A stretch of 64,000 bases of DNA from the human T2T-CHM13v2.0 reference genome, Homo sapiens, in NCBI RefSeq assembly GCF_009914755.1, contig NC_060935.1; one strand, given 5' to 3'. Below the pieces are notes generated by a model that did no database searches, had not been told where the DNA came from, and worked only from the letters and a program-made list of their open reading frames with translations. Made by a program: the position numbers and the translations under genes. Shown here in pieces: positions 40,725-51,608 of this stretch (the first letter of the stretch is position 1; each line of letters starts with the position of its first letter).

Positions 40725-40867
40725 CTTGCTGTTGTCCCACTCCTGCGTTTTCATCTGTGTGTGGATAAGCTCGTAGGAGGGTTCCATGGCATCCATGTCT
40801 GGTTTGGGATAACCAGGGATCACGTTGTGTAGCTGGAATCCAAAGGTGAGCAGCCAGCTGTTAACAT
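40725..40867 (-). CDS. TENM4: Teneurin-4 penultimate exon (143 nt)
   Basis: CAG|AT acceptor and AAG|GTAATT donor. [24 protein letters not shown]. Phases (1 to 0) fit both neighbours. Confidence 0.96.
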
Positions 40868-41467
40868 CTGGATGGGAGGGAAGCAGAAACATCTCCATGG
40901 AGTGAGTGGACCTCATTTGCAACCCATCCCCATCTCACAGCCTACAGTTAGCTGCAGGGTGTGGTGAGGGTGTGGATTGCTGCTGGTGGGAGAGTCAACT
41001 GCTACATACACTTTTCATTCTATGAAAGCCAAATGTACTCCTGGGACCCAGCAATCCCCATCCCAAGTATATACCCAAGAGTGATGACACTGAAATAGAA
41101 CCCAGGTTTCCGGACTTCCTTTTCTATTTTCACTTCAACTCCCAGGACCTCTAGCTTCATACCCGGGGCAGCTGTTGACAGATGAAGATCCCTCCCTTTC
41201 ACCCCAACATCCATAGGAGATACTTACAAAGGACAGCCAGACCCACCAAAAGAAAAGATTTTAATGATTGACTTGCAAAGAGACAATTCACTTAAGAAAC
41301 ACACTCCCCTGCTCTCCCACCCTCCTGTGCAGTAATTAGAGCTTCAGGGTCAAAGTCCCACGGGTTACAGAGATGGCCTAGGCTGCGATCAGAGTCTTCC
41401 CTCTGCTTCTACCTTTTATACTCTGACAGCCCAAGGATGCCACAACCTCCCTGTGCCTTCATTTTCT

Positions 41468-41763
41468 TTCTTTTTTTTTTTTTTTGAGATGGAGTCTTGC
41501 TCTGTCACCGAGGCTGGAGTGCAGTGGCGTGATCTTGGCTCACTGCAACCTCTGTCTCCTGGGTTCAAGCAATTCCCTGTGTCAGCCTCCCGAGTAGCTG
41601 GGATTATAGGTGCCCGTCACCAGGCCCAGCTAATTTTTGTATTTTTAGTAGAGACGGGGTTTTACCATCTTGGTCAGGCTGGTCTTGAACTCCTGACCTT
41701 GTCATCCACCTGCCTCAGCCCCCAGAGTGCTGGGATTACAGGTGTGAGCCACCGTGCCCGGCC
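41468..41763 (-). mobile_element. Alu (AluS-type)
   Basis: Full dimer with TSD CCTTCATTTTCT. Confidence 0.94.
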
Positions 41764-42610
41764 ACCTTCATTTTCTAGTCTTTACATTGGGCTTGGGGAT
41801 CAAGTCCCATAGGCATGGGAATAATTGATTTGATAACATTCCTTGGGGTTACTAATTATAAAATATTAGGTGTGGGGATAGATAGGATTTTGCCATGAAC
41901 ATCTGGCTTACTGGAGAATGGAATCAGGAAGCCAAGACATGAGGAAATGAAGAGGACCAGTCACCTGGCCCACTATTGCTGAGTATCTTCTATGTGCCCA
42001 GGACTATGCCGTTGAGACCCTCATCTCACATACTCACAACTCTGAAGGAGAGATGAGACATGGGCATGAATAACATTGATACAAGGAAAAAGATTAGAGG
42101 AAGGCGGAAGCCTTTCATTTAGACAGGCTGACAAGACCACATGCAGAAGGTGGCATTTAAGCCAGTTACTGAAAGCTGTGCCATTTTTCTCAGGCACTGG
42201 TAGAGATGAAGTGGGCCCTTCAGGCAAAGATGACTATACTAGGCAAGGCCTAGAGAGGGAAGGTGTGGGTACAGGGAGTGTTCAGGTAACCAGAGAGCAG
42301 CTCAGCAAGGTTGAGAAAGAGCCAGAAAGGATGACTGTGGCCGGAGCAAGAAGAGCTTCAGATGGCAGGGGGAGGTGAACTGGGGCCAGAGGGAGACAGA
42401 CAGACAGACAGACAGCCTGTGTCCCAGCAGGCTCAGCCTTCCTCAGGAAGGCATAGCTGAAGATGCCAAAGCAGATGTCAATCAGAGACTAAGAATCCAA
42501 ATTCTTGGGGAGGCAGGATTTTGATTTGAGCCTTAGAGCCAAGGCTGATTATGGCTTCTTTCAAGTGGAGATAGAACCCTGATCGCAGAGGTCCTGTTTA
42601 GGTTCTAGGA

Positions 42611-43030
42611 TGATATAGTTTGAATATTTGTCCCCTCCAAATCTCATGGTGAAATTTGATCCCCACTGTTGGAGGTGGCCTAATGGGGGGAGTTTGGGTC
42701 ATGATGGCAGATCCTTCATGAATGGCTTGGTGCCCTCCCGAGGTAATGAGTGAATTCTTGCTCTATTAGTTCATGCAAGAGCTGGCTGTTTAAAAGCGTG
42801 TGGCACCCCTCCCTTCTCTCTTGCTACCTCTCTTGCCATGGCCACACTGGCTCCCCTTGCCTTCCGCTACGAGTAAAAGCTTCCTGACACTGAGCAGATG
42901 CGGCTGCCATGCTTATAGAGCCTGCAGAACTGTGAGCTTAGTTCCTTATAAATTACCCATGAGCCTCTTTTCCTTATAAATTACCCATGCTCAGGTATTC
43001 CTCTAAGGCAGCATAAAACAGACTGAGACA
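42611..43030 (+). mobile_element. MST-family (ERVL-MaLR) solo LTR
   Basis: TGATATAGTTTGAATATTTGTCCCCTCCAAATCTCATG..ATAAATTACCCA..CAGGTATTCC..GACTGAGACA, flanked by TAGGA and TAGGT. Confidence 0.88.
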
Positions 43031-43549
43031 TAGGTAGGTTTAGGCAAAATTGTCACCTGCCACCCACTGAGTTCATCCTACTGGTGTGAGTGACTGTGTC
43101 CCTGTCACCACTGGGTTCCATGTTACCATCCCATTCAAGAACCTCGTGTTTGCCTTTGTTTTTGTTTTGTTTTCGGGTTGTCTGGGGCCCCCTCTCCCGA
43201 GTGTGCAACTTGGTGGTGCTGAGGTGGAGTGGTGGTAGAAAGGGAAATTTGGAGCCCAGTTCTACTTGTTTCAGCCTTACTAGGCAAAATCATAGGAAAG
43301 AACATGGTAGCTGAAGCAAGACAAACCCAGTGTCCAAATTCTGGCTCCCCAACTTACAAACTGTGTGAACTCCGACAGTTTACTTAACCTCTTTGAGATT
43401 TAGTTTCCTTATCTGCATACTGACAATGGAAATGGTTTTAACCATACTTCTATGGAGAAGAATACAAAGTGTTACCATTTGGTGGCAGTTATCGCGTGGC
43501 AGGAGCTATTCTAAGCTTATATATAAATTACTGGATTTAATGTATTTTG

Positions 43550-43800
43550 ATTTTTTTTTGAGATGGGATCTTGCTCTGTCACCCAGGCTGGAGTTGAGTG
43601 GCATGGGTTCAAGAGATTCTCCCACCTCAGCCTCCGGAGTAGCCAGGACCACAGGCGTGCCATCATCCCTAGCTAATTTTTTGTAGAGATGGGGTCTCAT
43701 TGTGTTGCCCAGGCTGGTTTGGAACCCCCAGGCTAAGCAATCTGCCTGTCTTGGCCTTCCAAAGTACTGGGATTACAGATGTGAGCCACTGCACCTGGCA
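43550..43800 (-). mobile_element. Alu (AluJ-type), internally deleted
   Basis: Diverged Alu reverse complement with gaps, flanked by GATTTAATGT. Confidence 0.85.
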
Positions 43801-44402
43801 GATTTAATGTGTTTTGAAGAATGCAGCTCAGTACCCACTCACAGAAGATTTTCTCTATTTTCCACCAACCCATGCTTCCACATCCCAGGACCTCCATTTT
43901 CTCCTCTCTAACAGAAGGAGCTTGGACTAACTTTTCTTCAAAGTCCCTCTTCTCACTGAGTTTTTAAGAGTCTTTGATTCTATAAATCATGGCAGATGGT
44001 TCTTTGGGAAATTAAAACAAACAGAACAGGAGGAAAAAATGCCCTATAAAGCCATTTTGCCTGAGGCTAAGAACTTGCATCTGAATTTGTAGTTGCAAAG
44101 GAATGCTTCTATAAGGAATACTGCAAATTCTCAGGAAACTAGGGGGCTGAGAAGAGGGCTGGGCCTTAATTACAAGTGACGGAAGGTGGAAAACTTTCCT
44201 ATTTTGCCTTTAGGAAAAAATGCTGAAAATGAATTTATTCATAAGTTTTTCTTCAGTGCTCCTCTGAAGAGCTGGGAATTTTACTCTTCCTTCTTACCAT
44301 ATCAGAAGTAGATATTTCCCTCAAGTTAAAAAATTCCTCTTCACTCATCCATCCCAGAGTTTGGTGTTGTCACAGGGGAGTGATGAAATGTAGGCAACAA
44401 TA

Positions 44403-44568
44403 ATCTCCTTCCTTCCTTCCTTCTTTCTTTTCTTTTCTTTCTTTCTCTTTCTTTTCTTTTCTTTTTCTCTCTTTCTTTTCCTTTTTATTTTCTTTTTCTT
44501 TATTTCTTTTCTTTCTCTCTTTCTTTTCTTTTTCTTTTTTTTTCCTCTGTCTCTTTCTTTCCTTTTTT
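44403..44568. repeat. Polypyrimidine (CCTT/CTTT/TTTTC)n tract derived from an Alu tail
   Basis: ~165 nt of almost pure C/T, directly abutting the Alu. Confidence 0.92.
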
Positions 44569-44893
<325 letters not shown>

Positions 44894-45080
44894 TGAATCC
44901 AAGAATGAGGGTTTTGGAATCAGAGCAGAGTTCTAATCCAGCCTTGCCACTTCTTAGTGGGCCAGTTACTTTAGCTCTCTGAACCTCAGAACCTCACTTT
45001 TCTCCTTTGTAAATGGGGTCAGTGATCCTACCTCACAAGCATCAAGTGAAGATAGAGTGCAATGATGTACATGATATATC

Positions 45081-45400
45081 TGTAGCGGACATTTTTTGGT
45101 TGCCTTCCCAGCAGTCCATTCTGCCTTCTCTTTCCTTTCTGGAGTATTAGTGTAATTATAGGGAAGTTGAATCCACCTAAGGGGTTGGCATGTGACCTAG
45201 GCTAAGCCAATCAGTGCATTCTTTCCCTCTAGCCACCAGTAAGTGCTTCAGGGATTGTCCAGTGACCTAAGCCTATCTCACTGGAATACATCTCAGGACC
45301 CTTGAAGAAATTTTTGGGAAAAAAAGAATTTTTTTTTTTGTTGTTGTTGCTGGATGGGAATGAAGATGCATGTAGTCTACCTGGATGCTAAGAGGTAAGG
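45081..45400 (+). mobile_element. Ancient ERVL/MaLR-type LTR relic, family uncertain
   Basis: TGTAGCGGACA start and GGCATGTGACCTAGGCTAAGCCAATCAG motif typical of LTR16/LTR33/MLT1-type LTRs. Confidence 0.45.
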
Positions 45401-48213
45401 TTTAGTGAGAAGTAACAGTATCTTGGTTCTTATTCGTGATTGCAAATCTTTTTAAATTTGCTAAAAACTGCTTATATGAAATCTCTTCTTTGCACACCAT
45501 GGGTTTTCAAACTGTAGGATATGACCCACTATGCAATGAAATCAATTTTGTGAATCATGACCAGCATTTTTATTGAAATGGAACAGACTACATTAGAAAA
45601 TGAGTGCATCACACTTAAGTATTCTTTTGCAAACCTTTTGTCTTCGTGTTTTATTGCAATGTAAAATCTTTTTCTTATGGTGGGTTCCTAGTCAAAGAAA
45701 TTTGAGAAAAGCTGCCTTGGACCCTGTGATCTATGAAGGTGGGTATTATACCTCACTCCTCTCTGGATCCTTAATACAGGTTTGGCAAGGAGTAAGTATA
45801 AATAATATACTCTTTGCTGGATTTAACTGACTGGAATATAGAACCTAAACTGAAAATGTTAGGTGCCCCTTGATGGTTGGTTGCTTTGTTAAAAGCTGGA
45901 TTTGGAGGCCAGCATGATTGTAGTGGAAGGTGTTCTAGAGTCAGAGAGCCCTGGATTAGAGTCCTAGCTCTGTGGTCTACATCTGTGTGACTCTGGGCAA
46001 ACCCTTCATTGCAGCCTTGAATGACATTTGGAGTCTCATCTGCAGAAAGGAGATAATGATGGTGATCTCACAGTTGTTGCAAAGTTTAAAGGAGAGCATA
46101 TCTGCCAAGTGCCAGATAGCATAGAGAGTTAGTCATGTTAGTGCTATTCTGGAAGGAGACCATATGTATATGGTGGTGTACAAAGGAAAAGGGGGAGGGA
46201 GTAATATTTTGGAAAGATGCAATGTTTTTTTTGATAGAAAAGTACATTTCCTATTGCACCATGTTTTTTTTCAGCTACAGTAACCTGCCAAGACATCTCA
46301 CAGGAAACTCATTGGAGAGTGAGGCAGGGGGTGTGCTTAATGCAGACAGATGTAATGGAAATGTCATCTCAATCTGTCAAGTTTCTCTAGAACTAGCAGC
46401 CAAGTTGAGCATGGTGAAGGCTGTGAAACATTGTTAGCATATTCATGTTTATCCATAGGCCCCAAGTCTGTTTTCATCACACCTGTCCACCACCTTGTTC
46501 TCCCTTCTTCCCTATGCTTGGGATGCTATTCTCCCCTCTTTCCTATGCTTGGGATGCCTGCTCTCAATGTGTGACAACATGGAACTCTTCTTGAAAAAGG
46601 AATTCTTCTACTGCTGTCAGCAGAAACAGGGTCCAGGTGGGGGCTACCAAGTTTGGGAGCTGGGAAGCCACGTCTGTAAGGGGCATTCATGTGAGCTGTC
46701 ATGTTGCCCCTCTACACTTCTGTATTATATGTGCTGCCTTCCCTCTCTGCAATGCCTTTCTCCCCCATTACCTGGTGAACACCAGCTCAGGAGCTGGCCT
46801 CAAATGTCAGCTACTTTGTGAAGACTTCCCAGAATGCTCTGGGCAGAGCAGGTGGCTTTTCCTCTGTGCTTCAATGGGCATCTGTGCAAACCTTTGTCAT
46901 GGTCCTCCCCTCTTGACAGCAGTTGCCTGTCTCTCCCCTTACAGTGAGAATTCCTGGAATGCAGGGATCATTTTTCTCTCCTCAATGCCTGAAACAGTGG
47001 CTGCACAGAAGAAGCACTTGTAGAATGAAGGAAACTGCCATAAAAGAGGGCAGGAGGATTGAATCGCACGACAAAAGAGGGGAGAGACTACTGGCTTTGC
47101 AAGTTGGGATGTGCCCAATTTTTGCCTATCACAAACTCTCTTATGTAAAAAGTGTGGGCTTTACCCAAACCCCCACCCACTCTCTGTGGGGTTGAGGGCC
47201 TCTGTGGCTAACCTGGGACTGGCTGCTTGCTGGGAGGGCTGTGGCTGCTGGAGACATCCCTGCCTGTGGGACCCTGGGACACTTTATACTCAAGTTGGTT
47301 TCATGGTAATGGAAGGCAGAGCTCACTTTTCAAGTTAGGGGGTAAAGGAAAGGGAACCAACACGAGCCAGGCACTGCGCTAAGTACCTCATGAAATGTAT
47401 TTCACTTCACCCTTGCAACCACCCTACCAGGTAGGTGTTAGTTTCTATTGTTGCATGTGTTCCTTATTCTTTTTTTTCCCTCTTTTCCTGCCCTCTTTGG
47501 ATTATTTTCTTGTCTTCCATTTTATCTCCACTGTTGACTTATTAGCTAGGACTCTTTTTTTAGTTTTTATCTTTTTAGTGGTTTCTCTAGGGTTTATAAT
47601 ACACATATTTAATTATAGGTAGATGTTCTAACTTCAATTTACGTATCAGGAAACTGGAATTCAGGGCAGTTAAATAATTTTTGTAACATGTCATGGCTTC
47701 AAACTGGTGGATCCTTCACTCCATTCTTACATTATCCCAAATTGAGAACTAATTTTTTTTTAAAGCCATACCTTAACCCAATCAAGGACTCATTAGCAGT
47801 TTGATTTGTGTGTCAGAAACTCCTAAAGTGCAATCCATGGGATGTATCCCATGAGATATTAGGATTTCATGGTGAAAAAAGGGCTTTTACGGTCAAATAA
47901 GTTTGAGAAATAGTGGGCAAATATATTAAATAGTTCACTTTTATAGCACTTCCCAGAGCTTATCATACACTGAAATGTACTATGAAAATGTAATAATGGT
48001 GGTGACCCTGACAAATTTATTTGATGCTGGAACCATTTTTCCAGAGTATTTTCTGAACTAGTGTTTCTTCAAACGGACTTTGGAAAATGCTGCTCTAAGA
48101 GAAAGTCAGTGTTTCCTGTCACCTTATGCCAGCTTTCTCAAAGAAGACTAAGTATTGTTAGGTAGTAAGAGCACTTTATGGGGTCCTGCCCCTGAGTGAG
48201 CCGTGGTCCTTAC

Positions 48214-49828
48214 CTGTCATGAAGCACTTGATGTCCTGGGAGTTGCTGATGGGGTTGTTGTTTTTGAACATATAGAGATTAAAAGGCATGACGTTGCTGC
48301 TACTAAGGTGCTTCCACAGCTCGTGGTCTGGGCTAGTCCAGCGTCCGGCCAGCACATCATAATCTCGCCGGCCCATGTGGACAAGCTTGGTGAGTGGATC
48401 ATAGAGGCCACCATGGTAGCCTATGATGATTTGAAAGTTGGGGTTGGTATCCATGTAGATCTCCCCATAGGCTGTGTACAGGATTTGCTTGATCATCAAA
48501 CCTGTTCCACTAAAGACAGCAAGAGGGGTCCCGATGTTGTCACAAGCTATGTAAAACTCATCACCACTGCTCAGCTCCATGGCAAAGAGGTGTCCTTGCA
48601 AGTCGTAGTAGAGGGAGGTGATCTCAGAGCTGGAGTGGTTGTACAGGTGGGTGACCTTGGTGGGGTTGGTCAGGTCTGCATAGAAGAACTGCAGGTGGTG
48701 GCTGTGGCTGCTCTTGCTGGACACGCGCCGCCCCAGGCCATCGTAGCGGTACCTGACACTCCAGCTGCCAGCCCGGTTGTAGGCCTTGATGAGCAGGCCA
48801 GCTGAGTTGTACTCAAAGATATCACCGCCCCGCTGCCTCAGGAAGCCATCCTCATCCATCTTGTATTGCACGTCACCCAGCCGAGTGATGCGGTCGCGGA
48901 TGTCATACCGTAGTGGTGTGAGCCGTGCACTGTTCCCAGGGCTCAGTAAGTGCAGGTTCCCATTGAGGTCGTAGCTGTAGCGCCAGAGTGGCTTGTCATT
49001 GATGGAGACTGTCTGCAGCTGGCCGTCAGCATCATACTCATAGGAGTAGCGAGTGGTATTGGCGTAGGGTCCTACCTTCAGCTCCTTCTTCACTACTCGC
49101 CCCATGTTATCATACTGGACGGTCATCCAGTACATGAGCGAGCGGAAGATCTCATACTGCACTTCCTTCATCCTGCCATATGCATCAAAATGCTTGGTGT
49201 GGGTCATGACAGCTGTGGTGATGATCTGGTTAATGTCATAGTAAATGACACCAAACTTCCCAAACTGCTCTGTCTTGCCTGACACATCATCATAGCGATA
49301 GAGATCAATGGGCAGTGGGGTCTCGTTGATCACAGCCTGCATGCTGGTCACCCGGAAGCTGTTGTCATAGTTGTAGTCAAAACGGGCGTTGACCATGCCT
49401 TCCTCAGTGAAGCGGAAGATCTGTCGGTCAATCAGGGGCCCAATCTGACGGTAGCGGATGGTGCAGGTGAAGCCCTCATTCTGTAGGTTGATGGTCTTCA
49501 GCATGCCTGCCGTCTCGTCATAGGTGAAACTGACCTTGGTGGTGTCATAGAGCGTCTCTGCCAGCTTTGACAGTTTGCCATACTTGTATATCACCCTGCG
49601 GCCAGTGCCCAGGTAGAAGGTGTGAAGGAGGTGCCCATCCTCAGTGAAGTCCTGTATGACTGAGGCATTGCCCTCAGGGGGCTGATAGATGTTTCTGTAG
49701 TAGCCCACTGAGCGGATGGTCTCTAGTGTCTGCCGCGCCACGTTGGGCATCGTCACAGAAGAGAGGCGGTCATTCTTGTCGAACTCAAAGATATACTGCC
49801 TCTGGCTGTGTAGTAGCAGCACCATGGA
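48214..49828 (-). CDS. TENM4: Teneurin-4 large exon (1615 nt): YD/RHS repeats and RHS-core-like motif
   Basis: CAG|TCC acceptor and G|GTAAGG donor. Many YD/YxYD repeats and [39 protein letters not shown]. Confidence 0.98.
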
Positions 49829-51311
49829 CTGGAGGGAGAGGAAAACCAAGAGATGAGAGGAGGGTGGTGAGGAGAAAGGGTAGGTCTACATACCCGAGAC
49901 TTAAAGGGATGGAATGAATGTCCAAGGAGAATCCTGAGTTTCCATGGTTCTCTTGAGTTATGCTCCAACCAGAGCTCTCCAACAGGAGTGTCACGGGATA
50001 CTGCAAATAGGTTACAGATGTGCCAAGATGAGGCTTTCTCTCAGCCTCATCTTAGCACAGCTTTAACCTTAGCACACCTGTAACCTACCTGGGGCCTAGG
50101 CCTCCAGGTACTCAGGCCATTTGCTGTCCTATGGTGAGCAGCCTCGTGGGTTTGCCCCTTTGTGCAGGACAGACCTGGTTACTTTTGTGCGTGGTGGGGT
50201 GTGAGAACGGCCAAGAAGCTTTGGCCTGAAGTATGTACAGCAGTCTGGCTTCCTTGCCCCAGACTTCTCAAACCAATCTTCCTATTCAGGCAAGAGTGAG
50301 CTCCTCCAAACACAGTCTCACAATTTCTTTAACCTGCTAAACAGTTTCTGCTGACTCCCTGTGGCTTACAGCATGAAGACCATATTTGAGAAGGGCATTT
50401 AAGGCTTTGCACAATGACAGGTCATAAGCCTACTCTGGGATAGGGCAGACTGTGATGGGAATGGGAGAACCTGGTTTCTAACAATAGACTCCTTGTGTGG
50501 CCCTGGGAAAGTTCTTCCCCTCTCTGGGTTTGGGTTTTCAGTATGTTGGATGACCTCCAAGGTCTCTCTCTCTCTCTTAGTACTAGCGCAAAATGTCACT
50601 TTTGGGGGTACTCACCCAGTGGGTAGAGGAGACCCACCTCAGAGCAAGCACAGCCTATGCCCTGGACAGGTCACCAGGGTCAGGAAACAAAGCAGGGATC
50701 TGGATACTTGAAATGGGGCATGCAGTGCACTTGTTCTCAGGAAAAGATCAGCAGATAAAAGGCCTAGAGGCTTTATGCTGCAAAGCTACCATTTTTTCCT
50801 ATTTGAGACCAACTTTTGATTTTAGGTCATTTCTGATTCTTACCCCTGGGATGACATGAGTTCTGACCCTAGAGCAGAATAGATTTACTAAGGCCATGCC
50901 CAGCACTTGAAGCTCAGGAGTAAGTGCCTCCTGCCTATGTACTGATGCCTAGGCTTCTGCCTGGTTCTCCACAACTGGATTGTACCACATGCCCTAGACC
51001 TGGGAGCAGACCCTTGGCCTGGGTCTGAACCCCGAGTCCTGCTCTGCAAATCCAGTGAGTATTTGGGCCTCTACTCTATCAGGCAGGTCTTTCATGTTCT
51101 CCTGCCCTAGGACCACCACCTGCCATGCTATCTCCCTGATCCATCCTGATGCCTCTTGGGACCCCCTGCCCTCTGTGGCAGACTTTCCTGAACATTTCCT
51201 TTTGGTGACATGGGTCAGATACAGCCCACTGAGGCCACCAGGCTGGGCTTGGCCGTGAATGATTGGCCTTCTGTATGGCAAGGCCAGTGATGCAGGGAGA
51301 CAGACACCTGC

Positions 51312-51608
51312 CTTCTCTAAGTATGTGTAGCTCCATGTCTTCCCATCAGCGAAGATCCTGGATGTGATGCGGCCCGCCTGGTCGTATTCCATTCTTTCAG
51401 ACATGATGCCCCTCTGGATGCCAGCAATGTAACCCCCAGGGGAGTATGTCACGTTGACACCATTCAGCCTGCTGCTGGGTGACCAGAGGCTGGGCCGCCC
51501 CGCCTGGTCGTACAGAATCCGAAGGGTGAACTTGCGGTGGTCATCATAGATCTTCTCTGTGCGTGTTACGCGATCAAAGTCCAGAGATAGGAGATTTCGG
51601 TTGTGAAC
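51312..51608 (-). CDS. TENM4: Teneurin-4 exon (297 nt, YD repeats) with a GC donor
   Basis: CAG|GTT acceptor. [20 protein letters not shown]. The frame requires AAG|GCAGGT as the donor. Confidence 0.95.

Noticed and set aside
46499-46560. ~31-bp tandem duplication (CCTATGCTTGGGATGC twice); similar 16-bp duplication at 22121-22152
   Set aside because: Ordinary two-copy slippage duplications with no functional cue.
47800-48095. Short palindrome CATGGGATGTATCCCATG and TIR-like ends; similar relic near 45500-45715
   Set aside because: Probably decayed hAT-Charlie elements. I could not assign family or boundaries confidently.
48203-49282. Plus-strand ORFs of 200 and 110 aa
   Set aside because: Antisense shadows of the TENM4 coding exon.
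48176-49849. 557-aa ORF as a stand-alone bacterial Rhs toxin or contamination
   Set aside because: It is bounded by splice sites and joins in frame with the other teneurin exons.
50994-51311. ORF extension [12 protein letters not shown].. beyond the exon
   Set aside because: Read-through into the intron past the GC donor. Teneurin similarity resumes only at 49828.
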